Shown here piece after piece: positions 1 to 13,100 of a DNA stretch of 64,000 bases. This stretch comes from Ruditapes philippinarum (Eukaryota). Positions within the stretch are counted from its first letter, which is position 1. The number at the start of each line of letters is the position of its first letter. The stretch is from NCBI RefSeq assembly GCF_026571515.1, contig NW_026857726.1, positions 1 to 64,000 of the forward strand, given 5' to 3'. A model generated the notes under the pieces. It saw only the letters and a program-made list of their open reading frames with translations. It searched no databases and was not told where the DNA came from. The position numbers were made by a program, and so were the translations under genes.

Positions 1-2
1 AA

Positions 3-522
3 TTAGACACCGAGAAAGAAAAGAAAAAAGTCGTGAAACACAGTAAATCAAGTGCCAGAAATTCACAAAGATTAACATCAGAAAGTGATGATGCATGGCC
101 TTAGTGATTCTGGCCAGAATGTTTCTTTTCCTGCATTCAAATTCTCATCGGAGAGTGATTCAGAAGCCACTAAGCGTGCTTCAAAAGTATTAGCGAACAA
201 GAATGCTCCTGAAATCTTGCATAAACCTTATATAGACACTGTTAAAAGTGATGAAGATTCTGAGCCTTGTGGACAGAAATACATTGAGTTACATCATTCA
301 CCAATAAAAGTCTGTGATTCACAAGAGATTATAAAAGTAAGGGACTCATCTGTTGAGAGTGCAAAGGATCTGAACTCTACCGACTCAGAGGAGCAGCAAA
401 TAGATTCTAAAGGAAGTCCAGACATTAAAAAGAGTGTAGATAAACTAAGAGCAATATTAGATAAAGTTAGTGGACAGGAAGTTGTGAAAAAATTGAAATT
501 TGTTGATAGAATTGGTTTGTAA
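3..522 (+). CDS. 3' end of an unidentified Ser/Glu/Lys-rich protein, truncated by the window edge, with an apparent +1 frameshift at ~99
   Basis: Frame 3 is open from base 3 (LDTEKEKKKVVKHSKSSARNSQRLTSESDDAW) to TAG at 102-104. Frame 1 continues LSDSGQNVSFPAFKF...DRIGL to TAA at 520-522. Purine-rich coding-like composition gives way to AT-rich UTR-like sequence after 522. No domain recognised. Confidence 0.45.
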
Positions 523-2246
523 ATTTAAATTTGTGTGATTTAAAAATGATAAAATTAAAGTTATGATACAAATTCTACATGTAAATGAAAGTCTTGTAAT
601 TTAAGGTACATAATGATACATAGATATGGAAGTCTAGCAATACTAAATGTATTATGTATTTATTTACTATGTAATGTATAACTATGTCTCCTTTAAAAAG
701 TATGAAAATCATGTTTCTTTCTAAATTTATTATAATATGTGATTATAACAAGCTTTGACACTTGAATCAGTGAAAAAATATAGTGTATTGATTTAAAAGG
801 TTTTAATGTGAAATGAAAAGTAGTAACTTCACTTGCATAATAATTTAGCTTGTCTTTTTTGAAAAAAAAGAGCTATTGCTACAGTCATGATGTTGGCGAT
901 GTTGCCATATTAACATTGATCATAATGTTTTAATTCTCGATGGAATGCCTTCACACTTGGAAGGATCAACTTTTTGAGCAATACCTTCAAGTAGGCCAGA
1001 CTGAATGTGGCCTTCACTCTTAAATGACCTTGACCTTCAAGGTCAAATGATTGAATTGTTCTTGATGAGTTTAGCTATAACTGGCTTTAACTTTGTTATT
1101 TATGAATGGTTTGTCTTCATACTTGGACACAACAATTTGAAATATATCAAATTGATTTTTACTTCCAATGACCTTGACCTTGAAGGTCTAATAAATAAAT
1201 TTTGCTTGTTTTTTTTTTTACTTTATCAGGAGAGTTATTTGTTCATGATAAAGATCTGTTGACTGTAATTATATAATTATATCATTATTTTAAATTATTC
1301 ATTTTTGTTCATAATTTATAAGCTGTATATATAGTATTTGTTATTGCAATATAAGTGTAACTGCTGTTTTGTTTTGATTTGACACACTACATATAAATGA
1401 ATGTATTTGTTTATGTTCAATGTTTGGCTCACAGTAAACTATAGAAAATTAATTTATTAGATGATTTTGTGACATGTGAATAAACAATTCTGTAAGGATT
1501 AAATGAACTTTTTTATGTTTATGTTAAATACGAAGCTTTTCTAAAAAAAATTGTATGGCAAGGATGAAATAAACGGGTCACTACTTGCGAATTGGCAAAT
1601 AATTTGAAAATTTTACTCCAAAACTTCGAGATTTTAAGCAAGAGGCGATGAAAAATGGATTATATGAATTAGTTTTTGACACATAATACAATATGTAAGG
1701 CAATCTTAATCATTAAGGTTTAATTTAGCACCTAAAACTCACTTTTAAAGGATGAAAATTACCATTTTTGGCGAGTTTTTTTTGCAGTATATACAATATT
1801 TTTCCCACGAACTCCGTGACAGTTATCACAAGAACTCCTTGACATGTTATCATAAGAACTCCATTCCTCATGTAACACTTCCTCCCCCGTGTTAATGTGT
1901 TGGAAAGAGTAACAAAAGATTGACTAAGATATTTGTACAAGTTTGCCAAAAACGTTTAATTGATAAATTTTCATGTATTATTTATTTGAAATATTAGTAG
2001 ATTTATTTAAATGTATATACATGTATATATGTATAGTTCTTAACATTAAGTCTCCACACATTTGCGTATACATGATAAATATGCATATATTGTAATTTAC
2101 TAAAACATAATTACATGTATATATATGTGTAATAAATGATAACTTTGTATGCAGTGTTTCAATCTTTGTAAGTCTTCATTCGTCAGTTACTTTAAGGTTC
2201 GATACATGTAAGTAAGATCAAGTTGATATACTTATAGAGGAACCAG

Positions 2247-2385
2247 GCCCGGCTTTCACTAACGTTCTGAAAGTCTAAATCTCAGCTCAGATCTTAGATT
2301 TTTCTCAACTGAGTAAGAATCTCAGTCACTACAGAGACAATCTTAGATTGAGATTTGTCTCAGTTTGAGAACGTGAAAGCCGGGC
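2247..2385. mobile_element. MITE, PIF/Harbinger-like
   Basis: TIRs GCCCGGCTTTCAC...GTGAAAGCCGGGC, flanked on both sides by CAG (2244-46, 2386-88), i.e. a 3-bp TSD. Internal CTCAG/CTGAG palindromes. Confidence 0.7.
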
Positions 2386-4059
2386 CAGACTTTCAAAATC
2401 TTCTTCTCAGACTCTTACAATTCCCAGACTTTAGATATATGACAAGAAGTATCAGATTGTAGCCCATTATAGAACTTGAGTAAATAATATCCAGGTTTAA
2501 ATTTGCCCTGCTCTTAGGATCACTTAGTTTACGTGCACTCGTATATAAAAAGGCTATTATATCTTCTCTGAAATTACATGTCCATGAGCAAAGATCTCTG
2601 GAATGAAGCAAGGCCTAATGGCAAAAATTTGAACATATATCTTTATAAATATTTTTCTCATATTTAATTGTTTTCAGACTAGAATTGGTAAAAAGGCGTA
2701 AACATTACATTATGAAACACGTAACATTTGACTGATAGGCAGCCAATAATATCACGTACTTCAGTTACTAATTTTGATTTAATTTCAAGGTCGCAGTTAT
2801 TTTTGTTATTACTAAAACTATTATTTGAAGAGGATTGTGACCTTGATAAATGGTCACTATGTTGTCAACACGTTTTGCGTCAATAGAAACTTTAGTATGA
2901 AACTGTCGGCAGGCAAAACAAACTTGTAAGAAAGGCCATATTGATTACAGATTTTAATTCGTCTGTGAGCATGTGTCATCGGCAAGAAATGTGTCTTTAG
3001 CACACCTAAGAACAATGTGCTCAGTCCAGCGAGCATTGTGATAGCATATCAATCGTCAGTCGTAACCCACAATTATTTTAAACAACATATCTTCCTTAAT
3101 CTATTGTAAATCGTGTACGCCCTTGTGATCAAAAGTGGCCTCGCACAGGGCCCTGATGACTTATAACTTTTTCTAGTCTTGGATCTTTTGTGAGCGTTGT
3201 AGTGTTATCATTGACCTCTTGTTTTAAACTGTGCAATTTCTGCAAAGGAAACAAGTATATGGTCATGTTAAACACAGACAAATCAAACAAAACGGAATAT
3301 TGTTTTTTATCCGGATTTGAAGTAAAAGTATAATTATAATGGTGGGTTCACCAATTTAAAGAATAGAAAAGTTCTCATTAGGATCATTCTGATACGCACG
3401 TATATCATTGCTTGTAAAATTATACTCTATAAAAAGCTGACATGCTATTTATGTTGCCTGGCTACTATACCGCACTGGTCAGGGTCTTTCAAATATAATA
3501 TTGTCTGTAAATGGGCCGATTTTACGGGGAGATGTCTCACCTGAATCATGTGATTAGGTTATCTGCCGACCGTGATCTGGCAAAATGTATATACATGTGT
3601 ATATATATATATTCTATTTGAAAGATCCAACACGCACAGAGCAATTGTTCGACAATTTTCACATTCTTTTAAGTTTCGTTGGATTATCAAAACCATTTTC
3701 AAAAAATACTACCTGTTCATTTGATGCAAATATTGATCATTTTTTATTCACATATATATATTTAGAGTGTCCCTTTCTATGACGACGTGAGCAGTGAAAA
3801 TTAATTTCATACGAATACTTTTAATACATAAAAAAAAACGGATGCATGATAAACTCATGATTCAGTGACCCGCGAGACTGCTGAGAACCATTTTCGTGTC
3901 ATTAATTGTTCATTTATCCAGTTTCAATAAAAACGCACTGGAAAATACTTTAACACTATATTCCCAATGACACTTCAAGTGCACGTAGTTGAATTAATGA
4001 GCGCTACATAAGATATAATAATACCGATACAATATACGATCCATACTCAAAGTTCAGCC

Positions 4060-4276
4060 ACCGCATCGTTCCTGGGCAGACTTGTCAAGCAGTTTGTCGA
4101 GCCTCCACTTTCAAAAGGAACTGAAACTTCTGTATAGAGCAGAGGAACAACGAATGGTCGTAAAAAAAACTACATGAAAGATCATAACGAATGACCTGCA
4201 CCGTCCGTCCGGCAATCAAACCTGGGTCGCTCGATTCTCAGTCAAACGCTCTAGCTATTGAGCTAACTGGACGGCT
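4060..4276 (-). mobile_element. tRNA-derived SINE (degenerate)
   Basis: Minus-strand tRNA-like head GTTAGCTCAATAGCTAGAGCG...CAGGTTTGATTGCC followed by GACGGTGCAGGTCATT, which recurs at ~63830-63995 on the + strand. Confidence 0.55.
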
Positions 4277-4866
4277 TCCCATGCTTATATTGAAAGGCTG
4301 TACCAAGTCATGTTAATTTATATAAAATATGCATTTTTCCATCTGGAAGAAAACTTTTAATGTCTTCCTTGGTTTTCATAAATGACGCACATGATGTTTT
4401 CTACCAGTTCTTTACTTATGACCAAAAAAGGTCGAAAGTCAGGATACGATAAGCCTACTTTGGAATTATGACCAAAGCACTGAAAGCCGCTTTGCAATTC
4501 TGCGATATGCTCCGAGCTAGGTACGTAGCCCCACAAAATTTATTTCAGCTAATCTAGCACTGATACTTATTTGGCATACAGGTTCCAAGTTTATTTCATA
4601 ACATTAATCAGTTTACAAAAATCTTACAAGGCACGCAGATAGCTGTATAAGTTCGAACATTGTTACAGTTAATGTAGTTGACGCTTTTTAATTACCTTAA
4701 TAAGAACCTCACAGAAAGAATGTGTTTACATGGAGATTTCATTCTGATGCTTTCATGAACGCGCACATTTACATGTAATTATACTGTTTTATACAACGCT
4801 GTGTTTCTTACGTATGAAGAGCTCACTTAGTTAACGGATATCATTTATTCGTAATCATGATTTGAA

Positions 4867-5010
4867 TGTTATAGGGCGAGAAAAATGTGCAGCCTGACCA
4901 GGTCTCGAACCAAGGACACTCGAAATACGGTTCCACGGCTCTACCGAATGAGTTATCCGGCCGCTCACACATTTTCTCCCCTAATTAGTAAACAGTTCTG
5001 AACCGTGACA
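4867..5010 (-). mobile_element. 144-bp TG...CA element containing a tRNA-like A/B box (solo LTR-like)
   Basis: Minus strand starts TGTCACGGTTCAGAACTG, contains GGATAACTCATTCGGTAGAGC...GGTTCGAGACC and ends TAACA. A related copy lies at 28556-28663. Confidence 0.55.
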
Positions 5011-6320
5011 TACAACTTGCATGTAGACTTTGCTATACCTGAATTGCAAGACTGGCTCCAAGTACCATATGCGATCCATCTTCTATTCTACCTAAATCTT
5101 ATTCTGCCAGTCAGTATCAAGAAAAATGTCACTTTTATAATCGGCTTTTTAATTCGTATTAACAATTTTGAATATACATTGTATATCCAACATAATGTAA
5201 ATAGTAAGCAACGCCCTTCCGAGTTAATTAGTATTCAGTATGGATATTCTTTTTCTGTTAGATGGTATTTTTGCAAGTGATATATACAGGGCATAAAAGT
5301 AAGACAAGTCGTTTGATAACACAGTGTCTTGTATAATAACAAGATGAAAAATTGTAATATTTTAGTCTTTTATTATAACTTTACAGTATATCATACATGT
5401 ATATATACATCAATACACGAGTACATTTTTTCACAATAAATATATACATGTACGTACAATAAGCTATTGCGCCATTAATACAAGGTTAATAAACAGTGTT
5501 GAGTACAATATTGAATTGTATTAGACGAATACATAGCTGTTAAAACTATATTGTCGAGGCACCAGCCATACCATATATAGGTTTTGAAGCAGTGTACGAG
5601 TCCAATAGAATCAGTATTGTTCTCAAGGATGTACAATGACCTATTCATTTCACATTTTTTACAGAACTTCGTTACTTCAAGTACAATAAGGAAATGATTC
5701 GATTTATTTTTACCCTGTAAATAAAATGACGATAGATGGAGTACGATTATGTATTTGATGTAGATATTTCGGGCTCTAAAAATGAAAACGCTCGAGACAA
5801 TATGGGATACAATATGCATTTGGTATGGATTTTATAAAAGAAACGAGGCTTAATTAATAAAATTGGTTCGATAATGATCTCTATTAGAACACCACGTGGT
5901 CCAAACGCTGAAAGTTCATTGGTTATATTTCATATTTTAAGTATGTATACCATCAATATCCCATAAAATGTTAATGCATAAAAAAGTATGCATGTAACAT
6001 TTGAAGTGATTTGATGTCTATGATTTATGTTATCAATTTACTCGCTCACAAGACGTACGGCTTATAGGTCGAGGCTATAATGTGTAAACTGACAAAATCC
6101 GCATGATTACCCCGTTACCCGTAATTCGTAAGTAATATAAAAGTTATACAAACAGCTTAATTATACAAATATCATGTACGTATATTTTCAAACCTGAACA
6201 TGGGAATGTTTCTATCAACAATTGCACATTTTGAAACTTCATTCAAGCAACTGTCCAAGTTCAAGATATTCATATTTCTATTCGTAATTGTGGCTTAATA
6301 AATATATGATAAATATGCGC

Positions 6321-8954
6321 CTATTCAATGTATGAAAGTAAAGGGTATTTTATTTGATCCTTTCCTTTTAACACCTTTAGTTCTATAACTACTAAACAAG
6401 CAAGAACTTCTACTTTTGCTGCTTCCATAAGATCACATGCAGCTTTCATTGTACCTGAATATACAAATAAAATATTAAACATTTTATATTTTTTAATGCA
6501 AAAGAAAATACATTCATCCTGCTTAATCTGTTACACAAAGTCAATGTTACAACAAAAATAATAATACCAGAAATTGTCAATCTCATTAAAATCAGTTCAT
6601 CGCTTTCGCTCCGTTACTCTTCGCTACACGAAGGGAAGTGGAGCGACAGTTAGGATGTGATTTTAATGAGGAATTGCTCAATAATCTGTGAATTGCGAAA
6701 CATAGCATAGATCATTAATAACTATTCAACAGTGTGTCGCTACATACATTTTAATAAATTTAATTGTGAACGGAAATAAACATGTTTAAAAACTTTGTTG
6801 AAAGGGAATATTTATTTATAATATACCTCCAGTCGCTAATAAATCATCAACTATTACAACTTTTTGTCCCGGCTGTAGAGAATTCTTCTGAATTTCACAC
6901 GAGTCCTGAAATTGGAAAATTCTTAGAACTGTACTTAACTGTATATATGTGTCTCAGTCATGCGCGCTTGCACGTCAATAGAATATAACATAAAACAAAA
7001 AACTGTGCCAACCAGATTCATATTCGTAAATTCGATATAAAATACATAGTACATGTATATGTTAATTATCTAAAACAAGCGGTTAAACAATACGTGTTTA
7101 GCTGTTTTTTTAACATAATAAAATGACCCTGGTTGTTCATAATGATGAATAAAAATTAAAGTATGTTTAATGTGACATAATTCCCATCTAAGTGCAAATG
7201 ATGAGAGCACTGGAAAAAGTCAAAGTAACTTTATATTTTGTCATAATCCTGTGTGTTTTTTTTTTATTTTTACGATGCGAAAATAATCAATAATCCATGT
7301 GATCCAACGTAATTTCTATTAATATCGTCCAGAACTTATCCGCATTGTTAAATTCTAATAGCGGGGCAGTAATTTTATAAACAAGTTAGTTTTTATGTTT
7401 TATTTCAAATTTCTTAAACATTTTCACTCGGTCATTTATTGGTTAATGCCTATCATAATAGTATGGATTTCAAAAAGGAGGCGATAAAAACTACGGATGA
7501 AAATGAAACCGAATTTCCGGCAAAATTATAAAACAATTTCTTTAAATAGGTAAAACATTTTATGCAAAAATATATAACCTTTCCATATTCTAAAGAGTAT
7601 TCCACTCGGTGTGTTTCTCCCGGAAGTTTTCCCTTCTTCCTAACAGGAACAAATGCAACATTCAACTCCTGTGCAATCATTGGACCAAACAGGAAACCCC
7701 TTGAATCAAGTCCAACAATGACCTCAACTGCAGGGTATTTTGCCCTTATATCTTCTGCAAGAACGTCAATCAGTCCTTTAAAAACACTTGGATTCCTGAG
7801 CACTGGGAAAATGTTCCTAAAGTATATAGTGACAATGTTGTTAGTTTAATATTTTCTCAAGTCTACACTAGTTAAAATTGCAATCGCAACTTTTCGGCCC
7901 AATCCGTCAGTCTGGCACTATATCCGTCAGTCTTCGGATGAGGACTAGTTGGTTAAAATTGGTCCAGTTTACGTGTGACGTACAGACAGGAACGTATCAT
8001 ATACACAAAATACAGGGTTAAGGAGTAGCCTGTACATTCGTTTTAAACAATATCGCTTTTCTCAGTACTGGATATCTAAATAAATGCAACATAAAAAGTT
8101 GGCATAATTCTGCAAAAGTGCTAAACAGACTTAATGCCCTTGCATGATAGTAAACAAATATTAAAATTTTAATGCGAATACCTTAAATAGTGATAACCTC
8201 GTTTCTCAGAAAATGAACCATAACAAAAACGTTAACCAGACAAAAAACATCTTAGTTGAAAAGGGAGCAGAAATGCAAAAACTAACTTCAGGCTTGTTTG
8301 CTTTTAAATTGGCGTCCTTTAATGTAAAAAAAATGTATCCAAAGTTTGAAGTGATATATTTTCTGAGAAAATGGACCGCAACAAAAAGGTTAACCAAAGT
8401 CAACGCCGATGATTGGGTCATGACAATAGCTCCACTTTTTTTTCTTCGAGTAAGCAAGCCTCGTGCTCCACGAACATTATAAATTAATTGTATACTTCAT
8501 CAGACAGATAACTCTGTCGTTATGCATCACCAGTTTACTTTAAAACTCATAAATTCCCATTTCTGACCCTTACTTATCCGCATGACAGCCAGGTTTTATT
8601 AAACAAGATAAACATGTTTAAAATTACCACAGTTAATTGATTAAACATCGGGATGCGATTTTCAAAATATTATCATATTTGCTATTGTAAAAAATATAAA
8701 ATTGTTAAACAAGTTTGATTGCATCTAGTATATCTTTCTTACTTTCACTATCAAAACAACAAAATTCTAAACTTCTAGATTAATAGAATCTATATAGCTA
8801 CAGTACAGTATACAGCTAGGTGACCCATCTACCGGTTAATTAAAACACAATAATCAAAAATTGAAATCACTCACTGAAATAATATTCCTGGCTTTGGAAA
8901 ATCTGGGCATAGTTCAATTAACTCCTTGACAGCTAATATTCTAGGATCAGTCAT
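6321..8954 (-). CDS. APRT: Adenine phosphoribosyltransferase, 176 aa, 4 coding exons
   Basis: Exons 8954-8875 ([27 protein letters not shown]), 7816-7579 ([10 protein letters not shown]...VRKKGKLPG...LEYGK), 6905-6827 (PRPP-binding motif [12 protein letters not shown]), 6454-6321 (TMKAACDL...SYIE*). All introns GT-AG, phases consistent, 531 nt in total. Confidence 0.96.
7881..7951. mobile_element. 71-bp internally deleted CAA...TTG element with 10-bp TSD, in APRT intron 1
   Basis: GTTAAAATTG on both sides (7871-80, 7952-61). The left end CAATCGCAAC...CCGTCAGTCTTCGGAT is shared with the element at 33500-34024. Confidence 0.7.
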
Positions 8955-9721
8955 GTTGAGGAATAAAAAATGCGAATAAACGTTGTTCTATTAATAGGGC
9001 GTTTTATGAAGGTAGTAATTTACATAGTCACCGGTTGACAGCATGTGCGTTTTTTCGTCCCAGTACAATGTCGTACTAATATCGTACGTTAATTGCTCGT
9101 GAAATAAGATTTAATTTTAATAATGATTAAAATGTCACATAAACTTACTGTGTTGACAGTCATATAAAAATTCAGAAACTTAACAAACTTAAGCATGTAA
9201 TCTTAAAACAATATACAAGTACTGTACTCTCATTATTGAAATTATTCAAAGTACCCTATCCTTACTAAGGTCCCAAACAAGCAATTGTTATTTCATTACT
9301 TAGTTATGACTGCAGAACTATAAAGGTGTAGATTTACTAAAGATAAACGTCATTTTAATCTCTATTTATTATAATACTTTTATCAGTGAATTTAACTGTC
9401 TCAGGTACTTTTACTACTGTATTCATGTGCAATATATATGATTTTTCTAAACATTTTTCTAATACCCATTGAATGTATTGTTCAGACACAAGCAAAATAT
9501 TCATTATGCATCAGTGCATGTATCATAAACTTTAATTACAATTTAATTGTCAATAAAAGTTCACGAATGTATATATACATTTGTAATATAGGCCTACTTT
9601 TGATTTAATCTTTGGTTACTGCACAAAAAGTGCCAGTCTTACATGCATTTCATAAGCATGCATAAATATGGTCTAATAGATCAATGTATGTTATTTTTAT
9701 TGTCAGATACCAGTTTTATTA

Positions 9722-9860
9722 ACATTTCCACAAAGAGGTGTACTGGTAAGAAATCCAGGTAATCCTTGCATGTATCAGTGCTATACACTGGGCATGTAAA
9801 AGAACCAAGGGGTCTATTCAATAAGAGCTAGGGACTGGTTCCCGCATTCCCTTGTATCTC
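9722..9860 (+). mobile_element. SINE fragment (Deu/Nin-domain-like family)
   Basis: Matches the reverse complement of 55080-55220 (GGGCATGTAAAAGAACC...AATAAGAGCTAGGGACTGGTTCCCG). Confidence 0.6.
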
Positions 9861-10189
9861 ATAGTTGTCTCTTTAATGTATACAATGTATACCTGCTTAG
9901 AGTGATCGTAAACAATTTTAAAGAAAAAAGTAGAAAAAGAACTAATCTATCCCGAGTGCTTGATAACCATACATTAACTTTCCATATGCAAGCATTTATG
10001 TATATTTTATTTCTACATATAAAATAGATAAATTTTCTATATTTGAGGTTAAATTTACCAGTTGCTCTAAAATACTGTCTATAAGTGAACAACAAGAAAT
10101 AACAAAAACACATACATGTAGATTTCTTTTATATTTAAAATGCAAAGTCATAACAATGAACACTATCATAAAATAGAACACATTAACTT

Positions 10190-13100
10190 TCAAATGTCTA
10201 TTGGACCTTTCGCTTTGAATTTCTTTCTCACTCTCAGTGTTGGTTTTGAACAAAACTGGTTTCCATGTATAGTAAACACAAAGTTGTCCAGTTCAAATGA
10301 AAACAAGGAATTCATTTTTGGTAAACCTGAAAAAAAATCAAATAATTATTCTCAACTCAAGGAACAAGACACTTGGCAATTTCTTTGTCAAATATGACCC
10401 CCCTGATAAAGGATTTACGGGCATATTTATTTCATGTAGTAAGATGAGGTTGTTATGCAGATTGTGTCTAAATTTTAATCAAATCAGTGCATAAATAAGT
10501 TCTACACAATATTTTCTTATTTGACCTTGGCCAGTTAAGGTCATATTAAAGTTTAGATCATACTTTAATAATAAATATTCTGTCAGAAGTTTGTTTAGTC
10601 CAAGTATAAACTAGGTACAACCACACGGGGGAGGAAGTGTTACACAAGGGATGGAGTTCTTATGATAACTTGTCAACACTTCCTCCCCTGTGAACCATAA
10701 TAAACACAGTTCTTTCACTGAAAAAACGTTCATCAAGGGAGATAATTTTAGAATAATTACGATGGAGTAATAGTTTTTTTGCAGTGCACTCCCTTTCACC
10801 TTTTAAGTTTCACTTTAATATCGATACCTCTTGCAGAGTTGAATTATGGACAAGAAAAATACAGACCTTTGGCCTCTGTGACCTTAACCATGCTGGTTGG
10901 GGTCTGGGTGTTGCACATCACACCTTGTGCTCGTATGGTATTATGGAGAACAGTTGTGCCTAGTTATTTCAAAATCTCTTGATGGAACGGACACAAATAT
11001 ATTCCCCTCCCAACCAATAGGCAATGTTAACCTCTGATCTGCATGCCTGACCTTGACCTTGGAGATAGAGGTCTGGGTGTATTTGAGCCAAGTTATTTCA
11101 ATACCCCTTCATGAATGGCTGAGTTATTGACAGGGCATGAAGTGTGACAGACGGACAGAACGATGGAGCCAATTTCTTTATCCACCATTTCTTTGAATAG
11201 ATTGGGGACAATAATAATTATAGTTTAATCCCCAATTTACACTCTTGATTTACTTTACATTTTCCACAGGAAATATCACTAACAAAGGAGCTCCACTTTT
11301 TGTGCAATTTCTTGAGCAATTTATGTGAATGCATTACATGGCTTTTCATTTTTGGTTATTTTTCAAAAGTAAAATGATATATCTGGAAAAACAGGGTGAG
11401 GAAATGATCTGAAGATTTGCATACTAGTTATTGGTCTAAACCTTCATCAAATGGTACACAATCTCTGATAAAAAGTATTTCTAGTCCTGTCTCGTCAAAA
11501 AAAAAATAGTTAACTCCCTTTAAGAAAACAATATAAAATAATTCAATTACATTTAATCTTGTTATCTTTTGTAACAATTTTGAAAGTATTTCTAGTTTCC
11601 ATGAGAACAATTCCTGACAAGCCTTGCAGTGATGGACATCTGGTTTGACGAACAACAATCATACACCCATGATAGTCTGCCTTTAATAACCTCTCATTAT
11701 TCTCTTTCTTTTGACCAGCCACTTCTGATGAATATCTACCAAAAAAATTAAAACAATACAAAATCTAGTAGCAGTTATGTACAGGTAGTAACATGAAATG
11801 GTTATTGAGATCAACAAATATAATACAGTTATACCTGTTTAGAAGAGCACTTTTTCTAACCTCAGATGCCATTCCATGCATCATTTTAAACAGTATTTCA
11901 TGAAGTAGTTCAATTTAGAAATGTTTTTCTTTCTTTTTGTGGGGTTTGGGTTTTATGTTGCACAAACACTGTATACAGGTCATTTGGCGACTTTCGAACT
12001 TTACTAGTGGAGGAAGACCTTAGACCCTCCTGTTCACTACTTCAGGCACAAATAGGCACCTGAGTAGAACCACCGACATTATTAAACTACTGGTTGGATA
12101 GCATCCTCACATAAAGGAATCCAAAGTCCCTATCAGGTTTCAAACCAACAGCAGTGAGGGGCAAGTGGTTTGAAGTGAACAACCTTAACAAATTGGCCAC
12201 AGACTCCCCAATCAGAAATGTAAACCATTGTAGAACAAATGACCTACCAGGAGCTAGCTGCAAACTATAGGATTACTGAATTTTTTGTTATAATCACAAA
12301 CCATTGATTAACCACCTCAAAATCCTGCTACTGCAGACAGGGACAAAGGACAAAAAAATAAAACGACACAAAAACAATGATGATGTATCATAAGCATTGA
12401 TTTAAAAAGTCACATACCAGTAACTGCCACTTTTACAATAAGATATCTATAATTTTGAAACATAACTGATTAAATTCTCTTTCCCAATATTTTCAGCACT
12501 TTATATATATAATAAAGTTACAAACCTGGATATGTCTAAAATATCTCTCATATAATCTTGCCAGAGTCTGTGTAATGGTACATAGTCTTCAAACCTAGAA
12601 ATATATATACTTTGTATGTAACAATACATGTAAATATAATATATAAGTATTAATTTAAGGTCATTGACTTTAAACCACTTGCCTCTCACCACTGTGGGTT
12701 TGAATCCTGACAGGATCTTTTGGATACTTCTATGTGAGGAAGCTAGCCAGCTTGTTTACAAAACTTCAGTTCTTCTCAGATGCCAGAAATAATGAACAGG
12801 GGGCACATTAGGTCTTCCTCTACCAGTAAAAGTGGAAAGCCGCCATATGACTTACATGTATTCTGTGTTCAGGCGACGTAACCCCCATTCCCAGAATAAC
12901 ATGTATTAACTGGGTTTGTTGTTGTTGTTGCTTTTTTTTTATTCAATTATGAAACATGTATAAATTGTTTTGTTGGTTTTTTGTTGATATTAGTTTTATT
13001 CAATATCCATCACATTTCTACAGCGGATTTTTTTTTCCATCAAAATTAAAAAAGAACACAAAAAGCAACATCTTTTTATTTTTATGTACATAATAAGGTC

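Noticed and set aside
5475-5819. 114-aa minus-strand ORF with an acceptor-like TTTATTTACAG near 5715
   Set aside because: No recognisable homology and no linked upstream coding exon. At most it is a UTR exon downstream of APRT.
7881-7951. Possible hammerhead ribozyme (CTGACGGA...GCCGAAA on the minus strand)
   Set aside because: The core is not CUGANGA and stems I-III cannot be formed. It is better explained as a transposon end with a TSD.
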